In this document: piece after piece, positions 40,101-55,100 of the stretch
Numbering within the stretch: position 1 is the stretch's first letter
How the letters are laid out: each line of letters begins with the position of its first letter
Origin: Eledone cirrhosa
Lineage: Eukaryota
Assembly (NCBI GenBank): GCA_964016885.1
Contig: OZ024740.1
Location: 34,906,001-34,970,000, forward strand
Direction of reading: 5' to 3'
DNA: 64,000 nt
Notes under the pieces: model-generated
The model's input: only the letters and a program-made list of their open reading frames with translations
Told to the model about the DNA's origin: nothing
Database searches by the model: none
Translations under genes and position numbers: made by a program

Positions 40101-43100
40101 TATAAAAAAATGAAGTTGTATTAGTATATATTACTAAACCAAGTTGTATTAGTATCTACAACTAAACCAAGTTATATTAGTATATACAACTAAACCAAGT
40201 TATATTAGTATATACAACTGAACCAACATGTATTAGTATATACAACTAAAGCACGTTGTATTAGTATATACAACTAAACCAAGTTATATTAGTATATACA
40301 ACTAAACCAAGTTGTATTAGTATATACAACTAAACGAAGTTGTATTAGTATATACAACTAAACCAAGTTATATTAGTATATATAACTAAACCAAGTTGTA
40401 TTAGTATATATAAATAAACCAAGTTATATTAGTATACATAACTAAACCAAGTTGTATTAGTATATATTACTAAACCAAGTTGTATTACCATATATAACTA
40501 AACCAAATTATATTAGTATATACAACTAAACCAATTTGTATTAGCATATATAACTAAACCAAGTCATATTAGTATATATAAATAAACCAAGTTATATTAG
40601 TATACATAACTAAACCAAGTTGTATTAGTATATATAACTAATCCAAGTTGAATTATTATATATAACTAAACCAAGCTGTATTAGTATATATAACTAAACC
40701 AAGTTGCATTAGTATACATAACTAAACCAAGTTATATTAGTATATATAGCTAAACCAAGTTATATTAGTATATACAACTAAACCAAGTTGTATTAGTATA
40801 TACAACAAAACCAAGTTGTATTGGTATATACAACTTAACTAAGTTGTATTAGTATATACAACTAAACCAAGTTATATTAGTATATATAACTAAACCAAGT
40901 TATATTAGTGTATAGGACTAAACCCAGTTATATTAGTATATATAAGTAAACCAATTTGTATCAGTATATATAACTAAACCAAATTATATTAGTATATATA
41001 ACTAAACCAAGTTGTATTAGTATATATTACTAAACCAAGTTGTATTAGTATCTACAACTAAACCAAGTTATATTAGTATATATAGCTAAACCAAGTTATA
41101 TTAGTGTATACAACTAAACCAATTTGTATTAGTATATACAACTAAACCAAGTTGTATTAGTATATACAAGTAAACCAAGTTGTATTAGTATATACAACTA
41201 AACCAAGTTATATTAGTGTATATAACTAAACCCAGTTTTATTAGTATATATAAGTAAACCAATTTGTATTAGTATATATAACTAAACCAAATTATATTAG
41301 TATATATAACTAAACCAAGTTGTATTAGTATATATTACTAAACCAAGTTGTATTAGTATATATTACTAAACCAAGTTGTATTACCATATATAACTAAACC
41401 AAATTATATTAGTATATACAATTAAACCACGTTGTATTAGTATGTACAACTAAACCAAGTTATATTAGTATATACAACTAAACCAAGTTGTATTAGTATA
41501 TACAACTAAACGAAGTTGTATTAGTATATACAACTAAACCAAGTTATATTAGTATATATAACTAAACCAAGTTGTATTATTATATATAAATAAACCAAGT
41601 TATATTAGTATACATAACTAAACCAAGTTGTATTAGTATATATAACTAAACCAAGTTGAATTATTATGTATAACTAAACCAAGCTGTATTAGTATATATA
41701 ACTAAACCAAGTTGCATTAGAATACATAACTAAACCAAGTTATATTAGTATATATTACTAAACTAAGTTGTATTAGTATATATTACTAAACCAAGGTATA
41801 TTAGTATATATTGCTAAACCAAGTTATATTAGTATATACAACTAAACCAAGTTGTATTAGTATATACAACTAAACCAAGTTGTATTAGTATATACAACTT
41901 AACGAAGTTGTATTAGTATATACAACTAAACCAAGTTATATTAGTATATATAACTAAACCAACTTATATTAGTGTATATGAGAAAACCCAGTTATATTAG
42001 TATATATAAGTAAACCAATTTATATTAGTATATATAACTAAACCAAATTATATTAGTATATATAACTAAACCAAGTTATATTAGTATATATAGCTAAACC
42101 AAGTTATATTAGTATATACAACTAAACCAAGTTGTATTAGTATATACAACTAAACCAAGTTGTATTAGTATATACAAGTAAAGCAAGTTGTATTAGTATA
42201 TACAACTAAAGCAAGTTGTATTAGTATATATTACTAAACCAAGTTGTATTAGTATATATTACTAAACCAAGTTGAATTACCATATATAACTAAACCAAAT
42301 TATATTAGCATATACAACTAAACCAATTTGTATTAGCATATATAACTAAACCAAGTCATATTAGTATATACAACTAAACCAAGTTGTATTAGTATATATA
42401 ACTAAACCAAGTTGTATTTGTATATATAACTAAACCAAGTTGTATTAGTATATATAACTAAACCAAGTTATATTAGTATATACAACTAAACCAAGTTATA
42501 TTAGTATATACAACTGAACCAACATGTATTAGTATATACAACTAAAGCACGTTGTATTAGTATATACAACTAAACCAAGTTATATTAGTATATACAACTA
42601 AACCAAGTTGTATTAGTATATACAACTAATCGAAGTTGTATTAGTATATACAACTAAACCAAGTTATATTAGTATATATAACTAAACCAAGTTGTATTAG
42701 TATATATAAATAAACCAAGTTATATTAGTATACATAACTAAACCAAGTTGTATTAGTATATATATCTAAACCAAGTTGAACTATTATATATAACTAAACC
42801 AAGCTGTATTAGTATATATAACTAAACCAAGTTGCATTAGTATACATAAGTAAACCAAGTTATATTAGTATATACAACTAAACCAAGTTGTATTAGTATA
42901 TATAACTAAAGCAAGTTATATTAGTATATATAACTAAGCCAAGTTGTATTAGTATATATAAGTAAACCAAGTTATATTAGTGTATATAACTAAACCCAGT
43001 TATATTAGTATATATAAGTAAACCAATTTGTATTAGTATATATAACTAAACCAAATTATATTAGTATATATAACTAAACCAAGTTGTATTAGTATCTACA

Positions 43101-46100
43101 ACTAAACCAAGTTATATTAGTATATATAGCTAAACCAAGTTATATTAGTATATATAGCTAAACCAAGTTATATTAGTATATACAACTAAACCAAGTTGTA
43201 TTAGTATATACAACTAAACCAAGTTGTATTAGTATATACAACTTAACGAAGTTGTATTACTATATACAACTAAACCTAGTTATAATAGTATATATAAATA
43301 AATCAAGTTGTATTAGTATATATTACTAAACCAAGTTGTATTAGTATCTACAACTAAACCAAGTTATATTAGTATATATAGCTAAACCAAGTTATATTAG
43401 TATATACAACTAAACCAACATGTATTAGTATTTACAACTAAACCAAGTTGTACTAGTATATTGAAATAAACGAAGTTGTATTAGTATATACAACTAAACC
43501 AAGTTATATTAGTGTATATAACTAAACCCTGTTGCATTAGTTTATATAAGTAAACCAATTTGTATTAGTATATATAACTAAACCAAATTATATTAGTATA
43601 TATTACTAAACCAAGTTGTATTACCATATATAACTAAACCAAATTATATTAGTATATACAACTAAACCAATTTGTATTAGCATATATAACTAAACCAAGT
43701 CATATTAGTATATATAAATAAACCAAGTTATATTAGTATACATAACTAAACCAAGTTGTATTAGTATATATAACTAATCCAAGTTGAATTATTATATATA
43801 ACTAAACCAAGCTGTATTAGTATATACAACTAAACCAAGTTGCATTAGTATACATAACTAAACCAAGTTATATTAGTATATATAGCTAAACCAAGTTATA
43901 TTAGTATATACAACTAAACCAAGTTGTATTAGTATATACAACTAAACCAAGTTGTATTGGTATATACAACTTAACGAAGTTGTATTAGTATATACAACTA
44001 AACCAAGTTATATTAGTATATATAACTAAACCAAGTTATATTAGTGTATAGGACTAAACCCAGTTATATTAGTATATATAAGTAAACCAATTTGTATCAG
44101 TATATATAACTAAACCAAATTATATTAGTATATATAACTAAACCAAGTTGTATTAGTATCTACAACTAAACCAAGTTATATTAGTATATATAGCTAAACC
44201 AAGTTATATTAGTGTATACAACTAAACCAATTTGTATTAGTATATACAACTAAACCAAGTTGTATTAGTATATACAAGTAAACCAAGTTGTATTAGTATA
44301 TACAACTAAACCAAGTTATATTAGTGTATATAACTTAACCCAGTTTTATTAGTATATATAAGTAAACCAATTTGTATTAGTATATATAACTAAACCAATT
44401 TATATTAGTATATATAACTAAACCAAGTTGTATTAGTATATATTACTAAACCAAGTTGTATTAGTATATATTACTAAACCAAGTTGTATTACCATATATA
44501 ACTAAACCAAATTATATTAGTATATACAACTAAACCACGTTGTATTAGTATGTACAACTAAACCAAGTTATATTAGTATATACAAATAAACCAAGTTGTA
44601 TTAGTATATACAACTAAACGAAGTTGTATTAGTATATACAACTAAACCAAGTTATATTAGTATATATAACTAAACCAAGTTGTATTATTATATATAAATA
44701 AACCAAGTTATATTAGTATACATAACTAAACCAAGTTGTATTAGTATATATAACTAAACCAAGTTGAATTATTATGTATAACTAAACCAAGCTGTATTAG
44801 TATATATAACTAAACCAAGTTGCATTAGAATACATAACTAAACCAAGTTATATTAGTATATATTACTAAACTAAGTTGTATTAGGATATATTACTAAACC
44901 AAGGTATATTAGTATATATTGCTAAACCAAGTTATATTAGTATATACAACTAAACCAAGTTGTATTAGTATATACAACTAAACCAAGTTGTATTAGTATA
45001 TACAACTTAACGAAGTTGTATTAGTATATACAACTAAACCAAGTTATATTAGTATATATAACTAAACCAACTTATATTAGTGTATATGACAAAACCCAGT
45101 TATATTAGTATATATAAGTAAACCAATTTATATTAGTATATATAACTAAACCAAATTATATTAGTATATATAACTAAACCAAGTTTTATTAGTATATATT
45201 ACTAAACCAAGTTGTATTAGTACCTACAACTAAACCAAGTTATATTAGTATATATAGCTAAACCAAGTTATATTAGTATATACAACTAAACCAAGTTGTA
45301 TTAGTATATACAACTAAACCAAGTTGTATTAGTATATACAAGTAAAGCAAGTTGTATTAGTATATACAACTAAAGCAAGTTGTATTAGTATATATTACTA
45401 AACCAAGTTGTATTAGTATATATTACTAAACCAAGTTGAATTACCATATATAACTAAACCAAATTATATTAGCATATACAACTAAACCAATTTGTATTAG
45501 CATATATAACTAAACCAAGTCATATTAGTATATACAACTAAACCAAGTTGTATTAGTATATATAACTAAACCAAGTTGTATTTGTATATATAACTAAACC
45601 AAGTTGTATTAGTATATATAACTAAACCAAGTTATATTAGTATATACAACTAAACCAAGTTAGATTAGTATATACAACTGAACCAACATGTATTAGTATA
45701 TACAACTAAAGCACGTTGTATTAGTATATACAACTAAACCAAGTTGTATTAGTATATTGAAATAAACGAAGTTGTATTAGTATATACAACTAAACCAAGT
45801 TATATTAGTGTATATAACTAAAGCCTGTTGCATTAGTTTATATAAGTAAACCAATTTGTATTAGTATATATAACTAAACCAAATTATATTAGTATATATA
45901 ACTAAACCAAGGTGTATTAGTATATATTACTAAACCAAGTTGTATTAGTATATATTTCTAAACCAAGTTGTATTACCATATATAACTAAACCAAATTATA
46001 TTAGTATATACAACTAAACCAATTTGTATTAGCATATATAACTAAACCAAGTCATATTAGTATATACAACTAAACCAAGTTGTATTAGTATATATAACTA

Positions 46101-49100
46101 AACCATGTTGTATTAGTATATATAACTGAACCAAGTTGTATTAGTATATATAACTAAACCAAGTTGTATTAGTATATATAACTAAACCAAGTTATATTAG
46201 TATACATAACTAAACCAAGTTGTATTAGTATATATAACTAATCCAAGTTGAATTATTATATATAACTAAACCAAGATGTATTAGTATATATAACTAAACC
46301 AAGTTGCATTAGTATACATAACTAAACCAAGTTTTATTAGTATATATAGCTAAACCAAGTTATATTAGTATATACAACTAAACCAAGTTGTATTAGTATA
46401 TACAACTAAAGCAAGTTGTATTGGTATATACAACTTAACGAAGTTGTATTAGTATATACAACTAAACCAAGTTATATTAGTATATATAACTAAACCAAGT
46501 TATATTAGTGTATAGGACTAAACCCAGTTATATTAGTATATATAAGTAAACCAATTTGTATCAGTATATATAACTAAACCAAATTATATTAGTATATATA
46601 ACTAAACCAAGTTGTATTAGTATATATTACTAAACCAAGTTGTATTAGTATCTACAACTAAACCAAGTTATATTAGTATATATAGCTAAACCAAGTTATA
46701 TTAGTGTATACAACTAAACCAATTTGTATTAGTATATACAACTAAACCAAGTTGTATTAGTATATACAAGTAAACCAAGTTGTATTAGTATATACAACTA
46801 AACCAAGTTATATTAGTGTATATAACTAAACCCAGTTTTATTAGTATATATAAGTAAACCAATTCGTATTAGTATATATAACTAAACCAAATTATATTAG
46901 TATATATAACTAAACCAAGTTGTATTAGTTTATATTACTAAACCAAGTTGTATTAGTATATATTACTAAACCAAGTTGTATTACCATATATAACTAAACC
47001 AAATTATATTAGTATATACAACTAAACCAATTTGTATTAGCATATATAACTAAACCAAGTCATATTAGTATATACAACTAAACCAAGTTGTATTAGTATA
47101 TATAACTAAACCAAGTTATATTAGTATATACAACTAAAACAAGTTATATTAGTATATACAACTAAACCAACATGTATTAGTATATACAACTAAACCACGT
47201 TGTATTAGTATGTACAACTAAACCAAGTTATATTAGTATATACAACTAAACCAAGTTGTATTATATATACAACTAAACGAAGTTGTATTAGTATATACAA
47301 CTAAACCAAGTTATATTAGCATATATAACTAAACCAAGTTGTATTAGTATATATAAATAAACCAAGTTATATTAGTATACATAACTAAACCAAGTTGTAT
47401 TAGTATATATATCTAAACCAAGTTGAACTATTATATATAACTAAACCAAGCTGTATTAGTATATATAACTAAACCAAGTTGCATTAGTATACATAAGTAA
47501 ACCAAGTTATATTAGTATATACAACTAAACCAAGTTGTATTAGTATATATAACTAAAGCAAGTTATATTAGTATATATAACTAAGCCAAGTTGTATTAGT
47601 ATATATAAGTAAACCAAGTTATATTAGTGTATATAACTAAACCCAGTTATATTAGTATATATAAGTAAACCAATTTGTATTAGTATATATAACTAAACCA
47701 AATTATATTAGTATATATAACTAAACCAAGTTGTATTAGTATATATTACTAAACCAAGTTGTATTAGTATCTACAACTAAACCAAGTTATATTAGTATAT
47801 ATAGCTAAACCAAGTTATATTAGTATATACAACTAAACCAAGTTGTATTAGTATATACAACTAAACCAAGTTGTATTAGTATATACAACTTAACGAAGTT
47901 GTATTACTATATACAACTAAACCTAGTTATATTAGTATATATAAATAAATCAAGTTGTATTAGTATATATTACTAAACCAAGTTGTATTAGTATATACAA
48001 CTAAACCAACATGTATTAGTATATACAACTAAACCAAGTTGTACTAGTGTATTGAAATAAACGAAGTTGTATTAGTATATACAACTAAACCAAGTTATAT
48101 TAGTGTATATAACTAAACCCTGTTGCATTAGTTTATATAAGTAAACCAATTTGTATTAGTATATATAACTAAACCAAATTATATTAGTATATATAACTAA
48201 ACCAAGTTGTATTAGTATATATTACTAAACCAAGTTGTATTAGTATATATTACTAAACCAAGTTGTATTACCATATATAACTAAACCAAATTATATTAGT
48301 ATATACAACTAAACCAACTTGTATTAGCATATATAACTAAACCAAGTCATATTAGTATATACAACTAAACCAAGTTGTATTAGTATATATAACTAAACCA
48401 AGTTGTATTAGTATATATAACTGAACCAAGTTGTATTAGTATATGTAACTAAACCAAGTTGTATTAGTATATATAACTAAACCAAGTTATATTAGTATAT
48501 ACAACTAAACCAACTTATATTAGTAAATACAAGTAAACCAACATGTATTAGTATATACAACTAAACCACGTTGTATTAGTATATACAACTAAACCAAGTT
48601 ATATTAGTATATACAACTAAACCAAGTTGTATTAGTATATATAACTAAACCAAGTTGTATTAGTTTATATAAGTAAACCAAGTTATATTAGTATATACAA
48701 CTAAACCATGTTGTATTAGTATATATAACTAAAGCAAGTTATATTAGTATATATAACTAAACCAAGTTGTATTAGTATATATAAGTAAACCAAGTTATAA
48801 TAGTGTATATAACTAAACCCAGTTATATTAGTATATATAAGTAAACCAATTTGTATTAGTATATATAACTAAACCAAATTATATTAGTATATATAACTAA
48901 ACCAAGTTGTATTAGTATATATTACTAAACCAAGTTGTATTAGTATCTACAACTAAACCAAGTTATATATAGCTAAACCAAGTTATATTAGTATATACAA
49001 CTAAACCAAGTTGTATTAGTATATACAACTAAACCAAGTTGTATTAGTATATACAACTTAACGAAGTTGTATTACTATATACAACTAAACCAAGTTATAT

Positions 49101-52100
49101 TAGTATATATAGCTAAACCAAGTTATATTAGTATATACAACTAAACCAACATGTATTAGTATATACAACTAAACCAAGTTGTATTAGTATATTGAAATAA
49201 ACGAAGTTGTATTAGTATATACAACTAAACCAAGTTATATTAGTGTATATAACTAAAGCCTGTTGCATTAGTTTATATAAGTAAACCAATTTGTATTAGT
49301 ATATATAACTAAACCAAATTATATTAGTATATATAACTAAACCAAGTTGTATTAGTATATATTACTAAACCAAGTTGTATTAGTATATATTTCTAAACCA
49401 AGTTGTATTACCATATATGACTAAACCAAATTATATTAGTATATACAACTAAACCAATTTGTATTAGCATATATAACTAAACCAAGTCATATTAGTATAT
49501 ACAACTAAACCAAGTTGTATTAGTATATATAACTAAACCATGTTGTATTAGTATATATAACTGAACCAAGTTGTATTAGTATATATAACTAAACCAAGTT
49601 GTATTAGTATATATAACTAAACCAAGTTATATTAGTATACATAACTAAACCAAGTTGTATTAGTATATATAACTAATCCAAGTTGAATTATTATATATAA
49701 CTAAACCAAGCTGTATTAGTATATATAACTAAACCAAGTTGCATTAGTATACATAACTAAACCAAGTTATATTAGTATATATAGCTAAACCAAGTTATAT
49801 TAGTATATACAACTAAACCAAGTTGTATTAGTATATACAACTAAAGCAAGTTGTATTGGTATATACAACTTAACGAAGTTGTATTAGTATCTACAACTAA
49901 ACCAAGTTATATTAGTATATATAGCTAAACCAAGTTATATTAGTGTATACAACTGAACCAATTTGTATTAGTATATACAACTAAACCAAGTTGTATTAGT
50001 ATATACAAGTAAACCAAGCTGTATTAGTATATACAACTAAACCAAGTTATATTAGTGTATATAACTAAACCCAGTTTTATTAGTATATATAAGTAAACCA
50101 ATTCGTATTAGTATATATAACTAAACCAAATTATATTAGTATATATAACTAAACCAAGTTGTATTAGTTTATATTACTAAACCAAGTTGTATTAGTATAT
50201 ATTACTAAACCAAGTTGTATTACCATATATAACTAAACCAAATTATATTAGTATATACAACTAAACCAATTTGTATTAGCATATATAACTAAACCAAGTC
50301 ATATTAGTATATACAACTAAACCAAGTTGTATTAGTATATATAACTAAACCAAGTTGTATTAGTATATATAACTAAACCAAGTTATATTAGTATATACAA
50401 CTAAAACAAGTTATATTAGTATATACAACTAAACCAACATGTATTAGTATATACAACTAAACCACGTTGTATTAGTATGTACAACTAAACCAAGTTATAT
50501 TAGTATATACAACTAAACGAAGTTGTATTAGTATATACAACTAAACGAAGTTGTATTAGTATATACAACTAAACCAAGTTATATTAGTATATATAACTAA
50601 ACCAAGATGTATTATTATATATAAATAAACCAAGTTATATTAGTATACATAACTAAACCAAGTTGTATTAGTATATATAACTAAACCAAGTTGAATTATT
50701 ATGTATAACTAAACCAAGCTGTATTAGTATATAGAACTAAACCAAGTTGCATTAGAATACATAACTAAACCAAGTTATATTAGTATATATTACTAAACTA
50801 AGTTGTATTAGTATATATTACTAAACCAAGGTATATTAGTATATATTGCTAAACCAAGTTATATTAGTATATACAACTAAACCAAGTTGTATTAGTATAT
50901 ACAACTAAACCAAGTTGTATTAGTATATATAACTTAACGAAGTTGTATTAGTATATACAACTAAACCAAGTTATATTAGTATATATAACTAAACCAATTT
51001 GTATTAGTATATACAAGTAAAGCAAGTTGTATTAGTATATACAACTAAAGCAAGTTGTATTAGTATCTTTTACTAAACCAAGTTGTATTAGTATATATTA
51101 CTAAACCAAGTTGAATTACCATATATAACTAAACCAAATTATATTAGCATATACAACTAAACCAATTTGTATAAGCATATATAACTAAACCAAGTCATAT
51201 TAGTATATACAACTAAACCAAGTTGTATTAGTATATATAACTAAACCAAGTTGTATTAGTATATATAACTAAACCAAGTTGTATTAGTATATATAACTAA
51301 ACCAAGTTATATTAGTATATACAACTAAACCAAGTTATATTAGTATATACAACTGAACCAACATGTATTAGTATATACAACTAAACCACGTTGTATTAGT
51401 ATATACAACTAAACCAAGTTATATTAGTATATACAACTAAACCAAGTTGTATTCGTATATACAACTAAACGAAGTTGTATTAGTATATACAACTAAACCA
51501 AGTTATATTAGTATATATAACTAAACCAAGTTGTATTAGTATATATAAATAAACCAAGTTATATTAGTATACATAACTAAACCAAGTTGTATTAGTATAT
51601 ATATCTAAACCAACTTGAACTATTATATATAACTAAACCAAGCTGTATTAGTATATATAACTAAACCAAGTTGCATTAGTATACATAAGTAAACCAAGTT
51701 ATATTAGTATATACAACTAAACCAAGTCGTATTAGTATATATAACTAAAGCAAGTTATATTAGTATATATAACTAAGCCAAGTTGTATTAGTATATATAA
51801 GTAAACCAAGTTACATTAGTATATACAACTAAACCAACATGTATTAGTATATACAACTAAACCAAGTTGTACTAGTATATTGAAATAAACGAAGTTATAT
51901 TAGTATATACAACTAAACCAAGATGTATTAGTATATACAACTAAACCAAGTTGTATTAGTATATACAACTTAACGAAGTTGTATTACTATATACAACTAA
52001 ACCAAGTTATATTAGTATATATAAATAAACCAAGTTGTATTAGTATATATTACTAAACCAAGTTGTATTAGTATCTACAACTAAACCAAGTTATATTAGT

Positions 52101-55100
52101 ATATATAGCTAAACCAAGTTATATTAGTATATACAACTAAACCAACATGTATTAGTATATACAACTAAACCAAGTTGTACTAGTATATTGAAATAAACGA
52201 AGTTGTATTAGTATATACAACTAAACCAAGTTATATTAGTGTATATAACTAAACCCTGTTGCATTAGTTTATATAAGTAAACCAATTTGTATTAGTATAT
52301 ATAACTAATCCAAATTATATTAGTATATATAACTAAACCAAGTTGTATTAGTATATATTACTAAACCAAGTTGTATTAGTATATATTACTAAACCAAGTT
52401 GTATTACCATATATAACTAAACCAAATTGTATATACTAATACAACTAAACCAAGTTATATTAGTATATATAGCTAAACCAAGTTATATTAGTATATACAA
52501 CTAAACCAACATGTATTAGTATATACAACTAAACCAAGTTGTACTAGTATATTGAAATAAACGAAGTTGTATTAGTATATACAACTAAACCAAGTTATAT
52601 TAGTGTATATAACTAAACCCTGTTGCATTAGTTTATATAAGTAAACCAATTTGTATTAGTATATATAACTAATCCAAATTATATTAGTATATATAACTAA
52701 ACCAAGTTGTATTAGTATATATTACTAAACCAAGTTGTATTAGTATATATTACTAAACCAAGTTGTATTACCATATATAACTAAACCAAATTATATTAGT
52801 ATATACAACTAAACCAATTTGTATTAGCATATATAACTAAACCAAGTTAAATTAGTATATACAACTAAACCAAGTTGTATTAGTATATATAACTAAACCA
52901 AGTTGTATTAGTATATGTAACTAAACCAAGTTGTATTAGTATATATAACTAAACCAAGTTATATTAGTATATACAACTAAACCAAGTTATATTAGTATAT
53001 ACAAGTAAACCAACATGTATTAGTATATACAACTAAACCACGTTGTATTAGTATATACAACTAAACCAAGTTATATTAGTATATACAACTAAACCAAGTT
53101 GTATTAGTATATATAACTAAACCAAATTGAATTATTATATATAACTAAACCAAGCTGTATTAGTATATATAACTAAACCAAGTTGCATTAGAATACATAA
53201 CTAAACCAAGTTATATTTGTATATATTACTAAACTAAGTTGTATTAGTATATATTACTAAACCAAGGTATATTAGTATATATAGCTAAACCAAGTTATAT
53301 TAGTATATACAACTAAACCATGTTGTATTAGTATATATAACTAAAGCAAGTTATATTAGTATATATAACTAAACCAAGTTGTATTAGTATATATAAGTAA
53401 ACCAAGTTATAATAGTGTATATAACTAAACCCAGTTATATTAGTATATATAAGTAAACCAATTTGTATTAGTATATATAACTAAACCAAATTATATTAGT
53501 ATATATAACTAAACCAAGTTGTATTAGTATATATTACTAAACCAAGTTGTATTAGTATCTACAACTAAACCAAGTTATATATAGCTAAACCAAGCTATAT
53601 TAGTATATACAACTAAAGCAAGTTGTATTAGTATATACAACTAAACCAAGTTGTATTAGTATATACAACTTAACGAAGTTGTATTACTATATACAACTAA
53701 ACCAAGTTATATTAGTATATATAGCTAAACCAAGTTATATTAGTATATACAACTAAACCAACATGTATTAGTATATACAACTAAACCAAGTTGTATTAGT
53801 ATATTGAAATAAACGAAGTTGTATTAGTATATACAACTAAACCAAGTTATATTAGTGTATGTAACTAAACCCTGTTGCATTAGTTTATATAAGTAAACCA
53901 ATTTGTATTAGTATATATAACTAAACCAAATTATATTAGTATATATAACTAAACCAAGTTGTATTAGTATATATTACTAAACCAAGTTGTATTAGTATAT
54001 ATTTCTAAACCAAGTTGTATTACCATATATAACTAAACCAAATTATATTAGTATATACAACTAAACCAATTTGTATTAGCATATATAACTAAACCAAGTC
54101 ATATTAGTATATACAACTAAACCAAGTTGTATTAGTATATACAACTAAACGAAGTTGTATTAGTATATATAACTAAACCAAGTTATATTAGTATATACAA
54201 CTAAACCAAGTTGTATTAGTATATACAACTAAACGAAGTTGTATTAGTATATAAAACTAAACCAAGTTATATTAGTATATATAAATAAACCAAGTTGTAT
54301 TAGTATATATAAATAAACCAAGTTATATTAGTATACATAACTAAACCAAGTTGTATTAGTATATATAACTAATCCAAGTTGAATTATTATATATAACTAA
54401 ACCAAGCTGTATTAGTATATATAACTAAACCAAGTTGCATTAGTATACATAACTAAACCAAGTTATATTAGTATATATTACTAAACTAAGTTGTATTAGT
54501 ATATATTACTAAACCAAGTTATATTAGTATATATAGCTAAACCAAGTTATATTAGTATATACAACTAAACCAAGTTGTATTAGTATATACGACTAAACCA
54601 AGTTGTATTGGTATATACAACTTAACGAAGTGGTATTAGTATATACAACTAAACCGAGTTATATTAGTATATATAAATAAACCAAGTTATATTAGTGTAT
54701 AGGACTAAACCCAGTTATATTAGTATATATAAGTAAACCAATTTGTATCAGTATATATAACTAAACCAAATTATATTAGTATATATAACTAAACCAAGTT
54801 TTATTAGTATATATTACTAAACCAAGTTGTATTAGTATCTACAACTAAACCAAGTTATGTTAGTATATATAGCTAAACCAAGTTATATTAGTGTATACAA
54901 CTAAACCAAGTTGTATTAGTATTTACAACTAAATCAAGTTGTATTAGTATATACAACTAAACCAAGTTATATTAGTATATATAACTAAACCAAGTTGTAT
55001 TAGTATATATAAATAAACCAAGTTATATTAGTATACATAACTAAACCAAGTTGTATTAGTATATATAACTAAACCAAGTTGAATTATTATATATAACTAA

